A DNA stretch of 64,000 nucleotides, taken from a phage. Shown here piece by piece: positions 62,484-64,000 of this stretch. The notes beneath the pieces were generated by a model. It worked only from the letters and a program-made list of their open reading frames with translations. It did no database searches and was not told where the DNA came from. Position 1 is the stretch's first letter. Each line of letters begins with the position of its first letter. Location: sequence record NC_135728.1, one strand, 5' to 3'. A program made the translations under genes and the position numbers.

Positions 62484-64000
62484 ATGGTAATAAATAATAC
62501 GACGAACACCTTCATCGTACCACCCACGCTTCACCATTTGGTGGTGCATGAGTATCCCAACTAAGTCACACAGCGATGCACCACCATTTTGTTGGTATGC
62601 ATTAAGTAAAGAGTGTTTAGATCTGGTCCAGATAGCATGACCATCGAAAGAGTAGATAAACTTCTTACCTGTTGCTTCCCAGAATTTCTCCAGATCCTCT
62701 TTGCGCCCCTTAAGACCGGGGTTGGCATCCCAAAGTGCATCTATTACCCTTTGCCCCAACTCTGGAGAGATGTCCAACATATCTGCAACTTTATCTTTTT
62801 GTGCCCCGTACATAACACCATACGTGATAGGTTTACCGTCGTTACGGGACACCTCTCTGCCTGCTACTTTTGTATATGCCTCGGCATTGTTTTGGTGTGC
62901 GTCTCCGTTACTTACAACATCATAATACAGGCCGTTGTCGAACTCAAAGGCACCCCAAGCCCCGATAAGCTGCTCTAAGTTGGACCCGTCAATACCGATC
63001 TGAAAGTATCCGGGAGGAACACCCCATAGACTACGCATCTCTTTACCCATAACCACTTTAGGAGATGGTTTAGGCATGTTTGCACAAATACTGTGTTTCT
63101 GTCTGGAAGTGTTTGTTAGCCCAGAACTTTTAGCAGGAAGCTTATGGTCAATCTTCAAACGTGGGTGATTAAGAAGACCAGTATCAACCTTATCCTCCTT
63201 GATTGGGTCAAGGACCGATCTGCGGTTTCGCAATGATAACCACAAGACGATATCTTTAGCCATCTCTCCGTTCAATTTTTCAAGATTCGGACACAGGTGT
63301 CCAAACGTATCTTTCAGTTGCGGAGAAGTAATAAGTGCCCTGGCTTTTCTACGTATTTTCCCGAACACTTCCTTTTTAATCCTTTCGGAGTTAGGAAAGC
63401 TTCGGAACTTGTGCACGGTTGTCTGGAACTTAGCATCAGTTTTGTTCCAGAAGTTGATAATTAGGTCACAATACTCTGACTCTAAAAGCTCGTCCATATA
63501 AGCATATACTCGTGCATCAACATCTGCATCAGGTAGAGCTTTCTTCTTGCTGTCTTTAGTTACATCCTTAGTTCTCCACATTGTCGGGAGCCAGCCAGCG
63601 CTGATCAGATACCGCTTAATGTCGTCCTGATTGCTGATTTTCATAGGTATCTTGCAGTCCGGCATTCGCTTCTGCTGTAGATCACTTATTGCCTGATCCA
63701 TCAGCTCTTTAGGCAAAGGGTGTGGTGTGGAAGTTCCCTTAATATAGCCTCTCAAGAAATCAGCCATCTTATCGGGGTCTTTGCAGCCCATCTCTTCACA
63801 CCATTTTATCCCCATCTTGCTGACATCCCCTGTAGAGGTAAATGCTCTCTTAGGCGGGGCTTTGAACTCTAAAGCGCTCATGTCTACAGGATAGCCAAGC
63901 TTATCTTTTAACCATTTCCAACCATTATTAGAGATTGTCCCGTCTTGGTTAAACGGCTTTTCAGGGAACTTGGGCCGCTGAGACATTGACAGCTCTTTTA
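62484..64000 (-). CDS. DNA polymerase family A, exon 1 (partial; N-terminus may lie beyond the window)
   Basis: Motif B-like KPITYGVMYGAQ; ends ...VRRIIYYH (cf. Pol I RMIMQVH-DE); reading frame stays open upstream of the track start at 63986. Confidence 0.8.

Noticed and set aside
1-64000. tRNA genes
   Set aside because: Scanning for T-loop consensus (GGTTCGAATCC-like) with flanking acceptor stems on both strands, including the GC-rich island at 775-1010 and the non-coding hubs, gave no convincing candidate.

Overview
This window looks like a densely coded segment of a large virulent tailed dsDNA phage of a Gram-negative (probably enterobacterial) host; that host call rests on a lambda R-type endolysin, an HPF homolog, an SSB-type DDDIPF tail and sigma70-like promoters. 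No tRNA, rRNA or CRISPR array was recognised. Layout: (1) 64-2673, a short leftward block with a metallophosphoesterase and a Pnk-like kinase, preceded by a 650 bp non-coding stretch holding four tandem palindromic sites and a GC-rich structured island. (2) 2792-39997, a long rightward block: RNA ligase, Sir2, DNA ligase, endolysin, HNH and resolvase-type nucleases, FEN, two orphan adenine methyltransferases, dNMP kinase, HAD nucleotidase, ThyX, aerobic and anaerobic ribonucleotide reductases, PhoH, a ClpP-like peptidase and an HPF homolog, then many small ORFan genes including a tandemly duplicated cassette. (3) 40.2-42.5 kb, an ORF-free, repeat-rich hub where the two blocks converge. (4) 42.5-64 kb, a leftward block of about 55 small genes with repeated promoter/hairpin elements, a macro-domain protein and an SSB-like protein, ending in a family A DNA polymerase gene that appears to be split by a group I intron inside catalytic motif C. 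The candidates I would rank highest for novelty are the intron, the phage-borne Sir2, HPF and macro-domain genes, the split RNA-repair trio, and the repeat hub. All calls come from reading the sequence and the ORF track by eye; no database search or folding was run, and coordinates of regulatory elements may be off by 1-3 nt.
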